In this document: in pieces, positions 1 to 29,306 of the stretch | How positions within the stretch are numbered: the first letter of the stretch is position 1 | Layout: each line of letters starts with the position of its first letter | Origin: Mytilus californianus | Taxonomy: Eukaryota | Direction: 5' to 3' | NCBI RefSeq assembly: GCF_021869535.1 | Contig: NW_026262668.1 | Coordinates: forward strand, 95,356,001 to 95,420,000 | DNA: 64,000 nt | The notes under the pieces: generated by a model | Databases searched by the model: none | What the model was told of the DNA's origin: nothing | What the model saw: the letters and a program-made list of their open reading frames with translations, nothing else | Made by a program: the position numbers and the translations under genes

Positions 1-1378
1 TAAGCCAGTGTGACTTGCAAGTATTATGTTTTGGTTAACACACAGATATCCCTTATGTAAAATTTGGTTTAGTTGTGTTTGGAGCTGGTAATTGGTGTAC
101 AATGCTTAAATATGTGGGTTGCTGTCTTGACTTTAATTGAGATTTGCTCAATCAGGAGAGTTTACTTGAACTAAATATTGGACATTAGGACTTCTCATCA
201 ATACACACAGGAAATAATCAGGACTTCTTATCGATACACACAGAAAATAATTTACCTAAATTACAGCTGTAAAATACAGTTTGATGTGATCATTAAACTT
301 TTTATTTCATCAATGGAAGGCTTACATTATGAAACTTTGCTCTTTGGAATAGGTAAATAAATATAACTCAAAATTTTTAGTGAGCCTGCCATTGGTGACC
401 TACAATGTTTTGTTCACTGACACTATACATTTATAAAAGTCTTTGCATACCACTCAGACACAAATAATAAACAACCACCTTATTAAACTACAGAAAATAT
501 TTACACCTAACGAGATTTCAGAAAAGATTAGAGACTACAAGAAAATTACAATATGAGACTATTATACAGACTGACTACATACAACAGGTTTGAATAAATT
601 ATATCATATAAGGACAAATTATAACTTCAATAAAAAATTGACTTACATTTTTCAAGGATTTACAGTAGATCTTGCATTTTAGCTCATGTCATATTTACCT
701 ATCTAATACAGTTTTCTAGATATAAGACAATTATTTGTAATTTACCCCTATATAAAAATAAGAAGATGTGGTATGTTTGCCAACAAGACAAATTTTTACC
801 AGAGAGCAAATGACATTGAAGTTAGCAACTAAAGGTCACTGTACGGCCTTTAACAATTTAAATGAGAAAACTAATGGTCTGATTTATCAAAAAAAAGCTA
901 TATTGGTTGATAGATTGTAAATAATATTACACTATATATATCTAGTCTAGACACCAAAAAAATCATTAACGTCAATTTGGGTTTAAATTGGTTTAATAGT
1001 GAAAAAGATGAAGATTTTTGAAAAAAAATGTAAAATTGGGTAACAATCATCAACAACACAACCTCCTGTGGGATCTATACCATTTCATAATCTTACTGTT
1101 CATTAAAAATTCCATCAAAATAAAAAAAATTAGGGCTGTTTTCTCCCCAATGTTGTTTTGTTGACCATGTTGCTTGGCTCCCATGGTCATCTGTTTTTTG
1201 TTAATATTTGGTTGCTATTAGCACTGCTAAAGCTTTGTTTTGTTTAATTCCATTTAGTTATTTCAGAAGTGATGTTAATTGAAAAACTGACGATGAATGG
1301 CAAGTATAATGTCAAGTTTATACTGAACTGAACCTTTTGTAAACTAAAAGTATCTTTTAATCCATTAACAATACATAC

Positions 1379-18252
<16,874 letters not shown>

Positions 18253-19967
18253 TTTCCCTTGAAAACAGTAAGAAATGCATTAACAGGGTACGGTATAAAG
18301 TATGGTCGACGTTCTATATGTTGACACTAACAAAATTGCAAGGTGGAAAAATCGGATAACTGTAATATTTGGTCATATGACCCGTAACCGATAATTTTTA
18401 AAATTACCGCACCATGACTGAGTAGGCGTAGAAGTGTAAAATGAACTTCTTGTTGTTAAATTTAAAAGGCAGAATTCTACAACATTCTATTTTAACATGA
18501 ATTTCCTTGTAGGATAAAGAATTATTTTTAAATCGGTCAATAAAAAAAATGTCGAATATTGCAATAATTTCAAAATCAAATAAAACTTACAGTTTAAACC
18601 ATCACTTTTACAAGCAAATCAAAACAAAAAACAAATAAAAAATTGAAATCTTAATGATGTCATGGACATAATTTTCCCAGATGATGTCATACATGTAACA
18701 ATATATATGTACATTGTAGGAAAATATATGATTTATTTGTACGAGCTTTAGAAACAGGTCGAAAAGCAAGGCTCGCCGAGCTGTGCTCCTGTTTCGTAGA
18801 GCGTACAAATAGTTTTTATATCAGTTCATACTGGGTTTTATCCTGCAATTTATACCAGGCTTTATAGTTGTTTAATTTAAAGCCAAATAGTTGTCTCTGA
18901 TTTTTGAAAGAAATCGACATAGTTCAAACGCGGACCGCGAGGAGGACCAAACATGAAATGCCACACAAAAGGGATCGATAAAACTTAAAGCTAGTTTTTC
19001 ACACGTTGCCAGACGAGATTTTTAAATATGTGTGTGTTTATACTAAAAAAGTTGTAGTGTATTAAGCATAAATCTATGTATAGTATACTGATTACATTTG
19101 TATGCCCCAGGCTTAACTTTAAAAAACTCTCATCTGGCACCTTGGGTTTTTCATGAACAATCAAAGTGGTTTCAAGTCAAGTGCAAAACTCAGTTCTATG
19201 TTCATGTATTTTCTTTCTATGTATTGATAGGTTGTTTACGGTTGTTCGTCAATTTTCATGTTGAGTCGAAAAATACCCGTCTAAAAATTAGGATTAAAAT
19301 GTTGTAAAAATTACCATTTCCATAATAAACTCAACATCAAGTGCATTCCTCACAATTTTACAATCTGATTAATCAGACCTATATTCACTCGCGTGCTCGT
19401 ACATATAAGCTCATATGAGTATAACGAAATCAGATCTAACTATATTTTAATTAGATTGCACATTTTTCTTTTGTCGTTATGTTTTTGGTAACCGCGGGTA
19501 TTACCAAATTTAGTTATATCCTGTTACCAATATCAGTATAACATATCGCGTGAATAGCAGTATTTCATATTGTGTGTGCTAAATGAATTCACACAAACAA
19601 AGATTTCATTATGTGTAAATACATTTATATTTAAATGCCTTTGAAGACGTTTCAGTATAAAATAGTCTATGCTGTTACTGTTAACCATAGCAACAGGATT
19701 GACAAACTTTTGTATTCGTGAATGCTGTTGTGAAATAAATATTTCCATTTTTCACTGATAATGTTTTCCATTTGTGGACTTGGTTTCCAAAACGTACTGG
19801 CATTTTTACTAGTATTATAATGTTTCATTTGTTACAGAACATACAGGTTAGGGGGGGGCTCACAAACATGTTTAACCCCGTCACATTCTTTATGTGCCTG
19901 TCCAAAGTCAGTAGCCTGTAGTTCAGCGGTTGTCGTTGGTTCATGTCTGAAGTATTTGTTTTTCATA

Positions 19968-20130
19968 AAAGAGAGGCGAAAGATACCAAAGGGACATTCA
20001 AACAAAGTCGAAAATAAACTGACAACACCATGGCTAAAAAAGACCAACAGACCAACATTAGTACACAAAACACGACATAGAAAACTAAAGACTAAGCAAC
20101 ACGAACCCCACCAAAAACTGGGGGTGATTG
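19968..20130 (-). mobile_element. Short PLE 3'-end derived repeat (also at 25484-25630 and, inverted, ~60870-61080)
   Basis: AAAGAGAGGCGAAAGATACCAAAGGGACATTCAAAC...CACGAACCCCACCAAAAACTGGGGGTGAT is homologous to 42510-42680, the terminus of the RT-bearing PLE. Confidence 0.7.
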
Positions 20131-22619
20131 TTCTGTTATAAATTAGGTCGTTAGTTTTCTCAATTGAATCGTTTCATATATTTCATGTCGGGCCTTTTAT
20201 AGCCGACTATACGGTAGGTTTTCCTCATTGTTAAAGGTCGTACGGTTGCCTATAATTGCTTACATCCACTTCGTTTGAACTTTGGTGGATAGTTGTCTCA
20301 TTGGCAATCATACCACATCTCTTTTTTTTTTAAACTGAAACAGCAAAAATTGTCTACAATACAAGATCTACAAAAATGTTCAATGATTGAAACCTCAACT
20401 ACCTCGAAAACAAAAGTAACTATCTTTTAGTTTCAGCAAAATAGATGTAAATCGTGTTAACTATTCATCCTACAAACTTTCATTTCAAATCCAACAACGG
20501 CATTTTTATAGAAATATATATTTTTTAACATAGATGTACTGAAAATTTGTCATTTTATAATTTGACCAAAATATGAAATGAGTATTCTGAATGAATATCT
20601 GGTCTTCAGAGTAAATTGAAATAAGACCTTTTTCACAAGTTTCGTGCGTTCGAAGCGCCTTTCTTGTTTAGCCTTTTCCAGGAACGTTCAAACCTAAACA
20701 TCAATATTGAATACGTAGAAAGGTTGTCAGCTATATGATCAAAAGGGACCAAAAAGATAACTGTCAAACTACATGTGAATCAATTATGGATACTGCAAAA
20801 ATCCAAACGGCACTTCAATCCCTTAGTGGTAGGGTGAGCAGCTGAGACATCCAGTACCCTACCCTTTTCGTATATTTTGAATATTAAAAAAAATACATAC
20901 TCTATCGTATATTTTATGACCGTGAAAAATTATAGCAATATCTATTAGTAATCAGAACAATCGAGTCCCTTTATACAATTATGCTGGACGGTCGAAAAGT
21001 TCAAATTCTTCACGCGCGATTACGAATGAACAGTAATTCATTGAACTGTCACCTATTTCAAAGAAATTTAGTAGATTCTCCACAATCTCGCATTTTTTTA
21101 AATTATTTTTCCTATCATATGCAGACATATAAGACAAGAAATAATAATGTCATTTGAAGGGTTAGAATTAACTGTACTTAAGGACAATGAATTACTATCA
21201 AACGGTTCAAATCTGATTTCAAATGAAGAATACATTAGTTTATTTGTTATGGCACAAAGGTTCATAATTAAATCTAAAAGGTTTACAAACTAATAATTCA
21301 CACAATATACCTGTTAGCATTTCATATTAATAGTTGTTTTTTTCAGATCATCGTGAAACTTAATTGACATTTTCAATGTTTTTATTATGTGACAGAGTAT
21401 GTAAAAATTTATTTTTGTAAATTGTACTCAATTCAATTAGGAGACAAATTAATACAAGCATGTGTTGCTTGTTTCTGAATCCTATTTGCCAAAATGTGAA
21501 CTTATATTGTATAAGATGTATTTAATTCATAATAAAATATTGTTTAAACTAAATATGGCTAAATTATATCGTGACTGCATTCTTTCATGGTAGCCACCGT
21601 AGATCAACAGAATATAACGACTGAATTATTCGGGTTAGTATCCGGGGATTCGACCAATCGATACGCATGGCCGCTGTTACTAAAAATAGAACATAGAGGT
21701 AAAACTGCAGTTTTGACAGGCTTATATCCAAAAACCAAAGCAGTAATAGGTTAAAACTGACATGAATGCAGGTTAAGGTCTATCTACCTTAAAACTTTTC
21801 GAAAATATTATTACGTATTTTGGAGTTGTTGGCTTTGAAATGTTCAGTTGACGTGACAAATTTCGCAACTTTGTTGTTATCATTCTGGAAATTATTAAGA
21901 CAAAGAGAAACTTTAGGTGCAAAAATGACCAGCAAAGTAAGATCTGCACACAAGTCAACATGACCGAAACCGTTACTTACCACCTCAAAGCTGGGACAAA
22001 ATATATAGTATACTATTCCCCGCTAAAAGGAATACAGAATCTAACTGCCTTATATGAGTTTTTGTCCTTGGATGACGATTTTTAACTTTTTTGTGTTTTT
22101 TTTTGTGCTATAATTTTGAAAACTAGAAAAAGTGATACATTGAACTTGAAAATGATCAGATAACAAAGATCTAGAAACAAGTCCAGATAGCCAAAATCAT
22201 CAATAATTGACCCCTTCAAGGAGTTATTGACCTAGAATTTCTAATTTTGCCCATTTATATGTATTTGATAGAAATTATAGTAAATCAGTAAAATTATACC
22301 TACAAATAAGTAAAAAGTGACTGAAATCGTTAGGCTACTCGGTTTGTGATTTATTGCCCTTACTTGGTAATTTTTTATACACAATTTAAGCGTTTTTACC
22401 TAATATATTGAAAGTTCTAATAGATAAACTGAAACATTGTGTACCATAAAAGATCAGCAACAAAATATCTACAAATTATTTTATATGAACAAAGTTGTCA
22501 ATCTACTCCTAAGTCCGAATTTAAATCTTTTTAATATGTTTGCTTATTATCTTTAACACTTTTATGGATATACAGGAAATTTGCTTCAGAAAAAATAATC
22601 AGCAAGACAAGATTTTATT

Positions 22620-23060
22620 CTACACAGGTTCCATTTAACACAAATATTCCTGCTGCATTATATCAATTGTATGCAATAGTTCCAGGTCAGGAATGCAGGG
22701 TCTTCTGAACCTATAGTTCATATTGATATCATTTCATCGAGAGTTTTACGGAAGCCATCATGATTTGGTTGATCGTTAGAGAATATTTGTGTCAAAGATG
22801 GTCACGGATAAGAAAATGTGGTATAATTGCCAATGCGACAACGTTCTTTTGAAGTAGCCGCAATTCAGCTCTTTTCACCCTGTCGATGCAATCATTGAAT
22901 GCAACTTTGAATGGTTTTTCCCTGACACGTATAACACGGCAGGTCCTACCGGTGGAGCTAGAACTGCTTTCAATTTCAAAGCACCCAAGTTCACCACTAG
23001 TTTTATAAAGAGGTTCTAATTTCTTTTGTTTCAGTTTTTAGTTTTGTATTTGTGCTATAT
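22620..23060 (+). mobile_element. Decayed 3' end of a PLE (RT tail plus 3' UTR) related to the 42.5-44 kb family
   Basis: EFYGSHHDLVDR*RIFVSKMVTD resembles KFYGRHHELVDRYGITVSQMISD; upstream NIPAAL; downstream GGTGGAGCTAGAACTGCT resembles the family 3' UTR. Confidence 0.55.
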
Positions 23061-24140
23061 CATTTTTTTAATGTTTGTGCATGTTGTTGATATTGGTAGC
23101 GGTCTTGTCCTATCATTTGGTAGAAAACTGAACTGTTTTAATTTCAAACTCCACCTATTCGATCACGTTTTAGGGTTTGAGAATTTACATGTGCAACTGG
23201 TTTATAAATTGTGTAATGTCAGCTTTAGTGAAGAGACATTTGCCAATCCGTTATAAAGCCTACTATGTAATGACTTAAAACTTGATATGTTTCATCATCG
23301 GGTTTTGACAGGAGTAAAAAAAACAGGTATCACGACTGACTGTTAGAGCAGGAACTATTGCATCTCGGAGCACCTGAGACCCTTCTCCAAATTTTTTTAA
23401 TGGGTTTGTGTAATTCACTCTTATCTTTGTGTTTGAGAATTGTTTGCATTTATTCTTTCCCTTTTCACAAAAAATAGATCAAATTTTAAAACGGAAGACC
23501 GAATGCACAGTATCCATTGTTTAAGTACACATAATTTCATATAGGAAGTTAATAAACAAAAATCAATTGTTAAACACTTATAGATTTCCTGTTTACTGGT
23601 TGTGTTATTTGACCAATCGTGTGAACTGAATAAATATGTAGTGATTCACGGCCGTGTCTGTTACTAGGAGGACCCGGTATTGCTTTTTGAAACCTGGTAT
23701 TGGTATTTGGAAACCGGTATTGGCATCCGATATTGGTATTGGGAACCTGGAATGGTAAAGAACTCTTAGAGTTAATCCAACAGCACGAGAAACTAGCAAA
23801 CGTTACAATAATTAGGGAACACGTCAGACCAAAACTTTCCAGATATTACAGTCATTTTCAAGTCGCGCCATAACTTCCGTCTCTCTACACAATTTTTTTA
23901 CTACAATGATTGCAATTGAGAATACGGAAAATACCCAAAATATCCATTTAAATGGGGCAACATATATAAAAAGATAAATGGTTAGTCTTCTTTATTTTGT
24001 TTTTCTACCATTATAAAATTCGAATAATACCACTGAACGTCCTTCCACTAGTGTAGTATATAGAAATCATCAAATATTTTGTCGCAGCCTTTAAAATGTC
24101 TCCTTTGCAACAAGAGAGTAAATAACTGTATATTTTTAAA

Positions 24141-24761
24141 AGGGCATATATTAACAGTTACAGGGGCGGTAATGACGTTGCTAACGTAAAATGTTATTTT
24201 GGCGACGTCAAACTGTGACATATCGGGAAAAGATGTATTTTTCGACTGATTTTTATCATTCAAACTGATTTAACTTGAAAACGAGTTCATGGACCCCTCT
24301 TTTTTAAAATTACATTCGGTTTGATTACGTATGAAGATTATTTGTACCAATTTTCATGAAAAAGTCAATAATGCATTTTTTTTAAATTTGATCAATATAT
24401 AGCAAAAAATGACGTTTTTTTCTACATTCATGAACATTTGATGAATTTGAGTTATTTCTAAACAAAAGATTTCATAAATTTATAGGATACTTATAAAAAA
24501 CACAAATTACAAATAATTTAACAAAAAACAGCTTGTGTTTATCTTTTAAAACAAAAAAGTTATGCATTTCTGTCGGAAGGTAAATGCGTCCACAAATCCG
24601 AATTTTGAGCAAATATCTGAAATTTCGAACTCATTTTACTCAAAAAGTAGCACATGAAGGTATATTTTTTATTACATATTTGATTTAATCAGGTAAAAAA
24701 TAGCCTATTTGCAAATATTCATCAAATTTTCATTATGGGATCAAAACTGTATCGTATGCCC
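24141..24761. mobile_element. Kolobok-like MITE
   Basis: Ends AGGGCATATATTAACAGTT ... AACTGTATCGTATGCCC followed by TTAA (24762-24765); TIR starting with purines and TTAA target suggest Kolobok; left TIR degenerate. Confidence 0.5.
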
Positions 24762-24981
24762 TTAACCTATTTCCGTACCTCGGTTAAATTCTTAATCAAA
24801 GAATACATTACTATTGTATAAAGTTTAATAATGGTGCCTAAATATGATAGTCACTATAAACATTCAAAGGTTGATACAGTCTATTCAAGGAACAACAGTA
24901 CAGTATTTGAAAAGGTTGCACTGTCAATTGGGGACGATGGCAACTTTTCAAATACGGTACAGTTATTTTTAGTCTTATACA

Positions 24982-25407
24982 GTGTTCGTGATGTTCAAAA
25001 TATCCCGGAACCGTCGTCTTATTTGAGATGTGCAGCGTTTGGGATGTTCAAAATATCCCGGAACCGTCGTCTTATTCGAGATGATGCAGTGTTTGGGATG
25101 TTCAAAATATCCCGGAACCATCGTCTTATTCGAGATGATGCAGTGTTTGGGATGTTCAAAATATCCCGGAACCATCGTCTTATTCGAGATGATGCAGTGT
25201 TTGGGATGTTCAAAATATCCCGGAACCATCGTCTTATTCGAGATGATGCAGTGTTTGGGATGTTCAAAATATCCCGGAACCGTCGTCTTATTTGAGTTGT
25301 GCAGCGTTTGGGATGTTAAAAATATCCCGGAACCGTCGTCTTATTCGAGATGATGCAGTGTTTGGGATGTTCAAAATATCCCGGAACCGTCGTCTTATTC
25401 GAGATGC
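24982..25407. repeat. Minisatellite, 54-bp unit, about 8 copies
   Basis: Unit GTGTTTGGGATGTTCAAAATATCCCGGAACCATCGTCTTATTCGAGATGATGCA, near-identical head-to-tail copies. Confidence 0.95.
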
Positions 25408-25914
25408 TACAATGGTTTGCTGTTAAAAGTATCTGTAAATCAATTAGAGTTTAAAAAGGAATAAGCAAAAAACTTTTCAATAAAAGAGAGGCGAATGATA
25501 CCAAAGGGACATTCAAACCGATAAGTCGAAAATAAACTGACATTGCCATGGTCAAAAAGGAAAAAGACAAACAGACAAAGAACAGTAAACAAAACAACAC
25601 GGGAAACCAAAGACTGAGCAACACGAACCCGTACAAGGTGTCAGTCGATGGTTTCAATCATTGAACATTTTTGTATATCTTGTATTGTAGAACATTTTTG
25701 CTGTTTCAGTTTCTAAATTAAAAAAGGAGATGAGGTATGATTTACAATGAGATAACTATCCATCATGTTCAAATGAAGTGAATGTAAGGAATTATTGGCA
25801 ACCGTACGTCTGTTTATTTAGGGTACTCTCAACGTAAAAGGAAAAACACTATGATTGATACAAAATCGTCATTTAAGAACTTCTAAAAATGAAAATAACA
25901 CTTACACAGTTTCC

Positions 25915-26950
25915 GTCTGAAGCGCTTTTCATGATTTGCCTTCATATAGTACACGACAACGCCAGAAGCTGTATGAGCAATGGTGACCTAAAAAGAATAC
26001 CCAAATTCATTCAAGGTTAACTTTGCCTGAGGGAGTTGAAACCTTAGTTTTGAAAAAAAAATAGTGACGGGGAATGTAAGAGAAAAAAGTGTTATAAATC
26101 ATATCAGTACCGAAGCACTGACCACTGAGCTAATTATACCACCAGGGACAAAAGTCCATAAACAGTGGTATCGACCCAGTGCTAGTAAATGAAAATAACT
26201 TTAATATAATTTAGTGCGTCCGAAGCGGTTTTCTGGATTTACATTTATCAGGAACGCTCAAAACCCAAAAATGTTGAAAGCCTAGATTGAATAAGACTTG
26301 ATAACGTGAGGAGTTTTATGACAAAAGAATAGCTTATCTTCTCAAACAAAATGAATATTACACTTTATAATTTCATGCGTCCGAAGCGTTTTTCTGGATT
26401 TACCTTCAGCTGGACGAATATTTGAAAACCAAGGATGTATCAGAATAGAAACAGTTGAAGAGCTATATGGTCAAACAGGACCTAAAATAACATTAACCAA
26501 AATCGTCTAAGGTCAACTTTGCATGCAGGGGAGTTGAAACTTTAGTTTCTGAAAAATTTCAAAGTTTATGAAGGGACAATTTAAGAAAAGTTTGTTATAA
26601 ATCATGTCAGTACCGAAGTACTTACTGCTAATATGATAATACCTCTGGGAACTAATAATTATAGTCCACCAGCAGCGGTATCGCCCAAGTGCTATAAGAA
26701 ATGCAGAGTATTACTTTGAAATATCATGCTTCCGAAGCGCTCTTCCGGATTTAACTTCATCAGGAACGCTCAAGGCCGAAGGATGTATAAGAACCGATAC
26801 AGCTGAAGAGCTATATGACTTTGCCTGAGGGAGCTGAAACTCGACAACTAAACGGACATTTAAGACAGGTCTGTTATAGATTATGTCAGTAACGAAGTAC
26901 TGACTACTGAGCTGATGATACCCTCGGGGACTGATAATCTACCAGCAGCG
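25915..26950 (-). mobile_element. Tandem array of ~330-350-nt retrozyme-like repeat carrying a type I hammerhead-like motif (decayed copies)
   Basis: The motif GCGTCCGAAGCGCTTTTCTGGATTTACCTTCATCAGGAACGC (plus strand) recurs at ~25914, 26216, 26377, 26728; its reverse complement folds as GCGUUC-CUGAUGA-AGGUAAAUCCA-GAA-AAGCGCUU-C-GGACGC. Related copies at ~20640-20770, 41990-42367, 49986-50370. Confidence 0.7.
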
Positions 26951-27859
26951 TAGTCAATTGATGGTTTCAGTCGTTACGTATATTATAAAATTTTGTAAAT
27001 CTTGTTTTGAGGATATATTTTTCTGATCCCAGTATCTGTCTTTTTATATTAGTTTTCACGATAAGAAAAAAAACCCGCTAATATTGGTCAAAAATCGATA
27101 CCTATAACTCCTATAAAGAGTTGTCTGACAATTTTCACCTTGTAATTTTTACTTCCTCCAGAATTTGTCTTTTATGGGTTTAAAGTTGTACATCTCTAAT
27201 GTATATGCAGAAATTCTAGAAAATTAGACTGTTTAAAACTCAGTGTAGGAGGAGTTGAATACACATACTCTTTCCTGGTCGCCAGATGTAAGACGCTTTA
27301 CACTATTACACCTTTAAAGTTTTCATACGAATCTTATCTTTTCATTTGGAGTTTATCAAAGAACAATACGACGAAAGCGCACGTATTCTAACCCTCCCAG
27401 GGAACCTGGTTATTTCCGGACGAACATATTACATGTTGTTTATCATTTCATAATTAGGATAAACTGCCTCAACCATAACCTAATATATGCAGTGTATTGA
27501 TTTTTTTTATTTACTTGAAGTATTACATTTATTACACCCACTTATAAGGCGTCATATACAAACGTATTAATTGATAAACATGAAGGCAACTGGAACAAAC
27601 AGGTGACATATTTCAAACTTAGTATTAAACAAATTATCAATTGATTGTCATTGGCAATTGTAATTGTTAAACAATAAATTTTGGTTTACCATTAAATATT
27701 CAAACGTACTTTGGGTGTGTTATTAAATGTTATTCTCCTACATATGCAAAAAATTCTCTTACGTGCACGATGCAAACAACAAATGAATTACTTTTGCTCG
27801 AGGCTACGTCTTCCGTGTACTAATATATAAATATAAGGATTCATGCACAAACTGCGAAA

Positions 27860-27948
27860 CAAAGGTAATCAATCCAGTTAATTGTTGTATTTTATTTATA
27901 TAATTTATCACTTACAGTCCCAGTCTTATTTATTTTAACAAGCACAAG
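27860..27948 (+). other. Putative non-coding 5' UTR exon of the Pif-like gene
   Basis: The ATG at 29307 is immediately preceded by an acceptor (ttttttcacttcag), implying an upstream exon; a strong donor AAG|GTAAGT lies at 27948/27949 and TATA-like TATAAATA at about 27826-27833. Start coordinate approximate. Confidence 0.45.
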
Positions 27949-29306
27949 GTAAGTCAATATTTTGTTACAATAGGAAGTCATTAAACAATAACTTCAGGAT
28001 TGAAAATAATACATAATAACTTGTATATCTATATTTATGTGTAATATGTACGTCTAGTTTGTGTATAAAGAAAAGTGTGCATTCACGCTGTTTTCGAATT
28101 AGTCTTTCTCAATTGATATATATATTGTTTGTAAATCATTATTATAACTTTAATTTCAAATTGTTCAGAGTATAAAATTGCATTAAAAAATTTAGTTATG
28201 ATCTGTAATATATCTGATTTGGGAAACAATTATGCTTGCAACTGCCGATCTCTACTTTTGATTATTTTCAAATTAACAAACAAACAAACAAACGAACGAA
28301 CAATCAAATAAATACATTGATAAATAAATAAATCCTAGTATGATAAGAAACACGATCTAGTTAATATGGGATAGCTGACAACCTTGTCGTGTCAGTTTTA
28401 TTGTTAATTTTAATTCCATAAATTCATTGTGCGGCACGACTAAAATTTATGTTGACCAGACAAGACCATATTTTACTTTTTTAAACAAAGGATATGAGGT
28501 AAATAATGCATAATTATGTATATATTTATACTTCTATAAAAAAAAATATGCATGTATGTTAACGTATATAGTACTATTGTGACAATTTTTGAATGACTTT
28601 ACGATGGTATTTATGACAAGATGATTATTATATGACATGTTTGCTCATTTATCCTTATGTTCATTTGAATAAAAGGTCAAACAGTGTATCTGGAGTATAC
28701 ACTACAGATAGATATGTCGGACAGAAAAACATACATATAGCTGGTCTTTTGATTTGGAAAAACTTTAAAACACGAAAATGCATCGTTCATTATAATTCAT
28801 GTCAATGACAAAGGTATAGCATGTAATGATCGACTGTGATCATCCATCTTTTACAACTTTGATGAATTTGGGGTTTTTTTTTTCTTTGTTTATCCAGATT
28901 TGGTTTAAAAATTGAAATGATAAAGAATGGAATTCAATAGAATCAAGTATAAAACAAAACGAAAGAACGAACGAACGATACATCTTAGCAATATAAGGTT
29001 AAATGCTCAAGATTTAATGAAAATATGAATGATCATTTTGTTTGCATTGTTTCGCTAATACCATTAATAATATAAAAGTAAAATGGAAAGGCAACCAATT
29101 AGCATATATGAACTGTAAAGAAACCAATATTTGGACCGGACCCTCATCTATGTATACGACTCGATTTATATTGAATTGCTAGTCTTTATCGCCACTTGTG
29201 TAAATACATTATCCATGTTTAACCTGTTTGGGAGATTTTGAATTACAGGGAAAAATCAACTAAAGATTGTTTAAAACTTAAATTATAAACATTTTTTTCA
29301 CTTCAG

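Noticed and set aside
1-1378. Next ABCC exon (the ITVxNGTFxW exon before Walker A)
   Set aside because: No convincing exon found; a donor-like site near 645 has stops in all frames upstream. It probably lies beyond the left edge.
24831-25353. ORFs of 154, 107, 84 and 82 aa
   Set aside because: All arise from the 54-bp (18-codon) tandem repeat; no splice context or domain signal.
26015-26055. CTGAGGGAGTTGAAACCTTAGTTTC as another hammerhead core
   Set aside because: Lacks CUGANGA (reads CUGAGGG) and is better explained as a TCAACT/AGTTGA hairpin.
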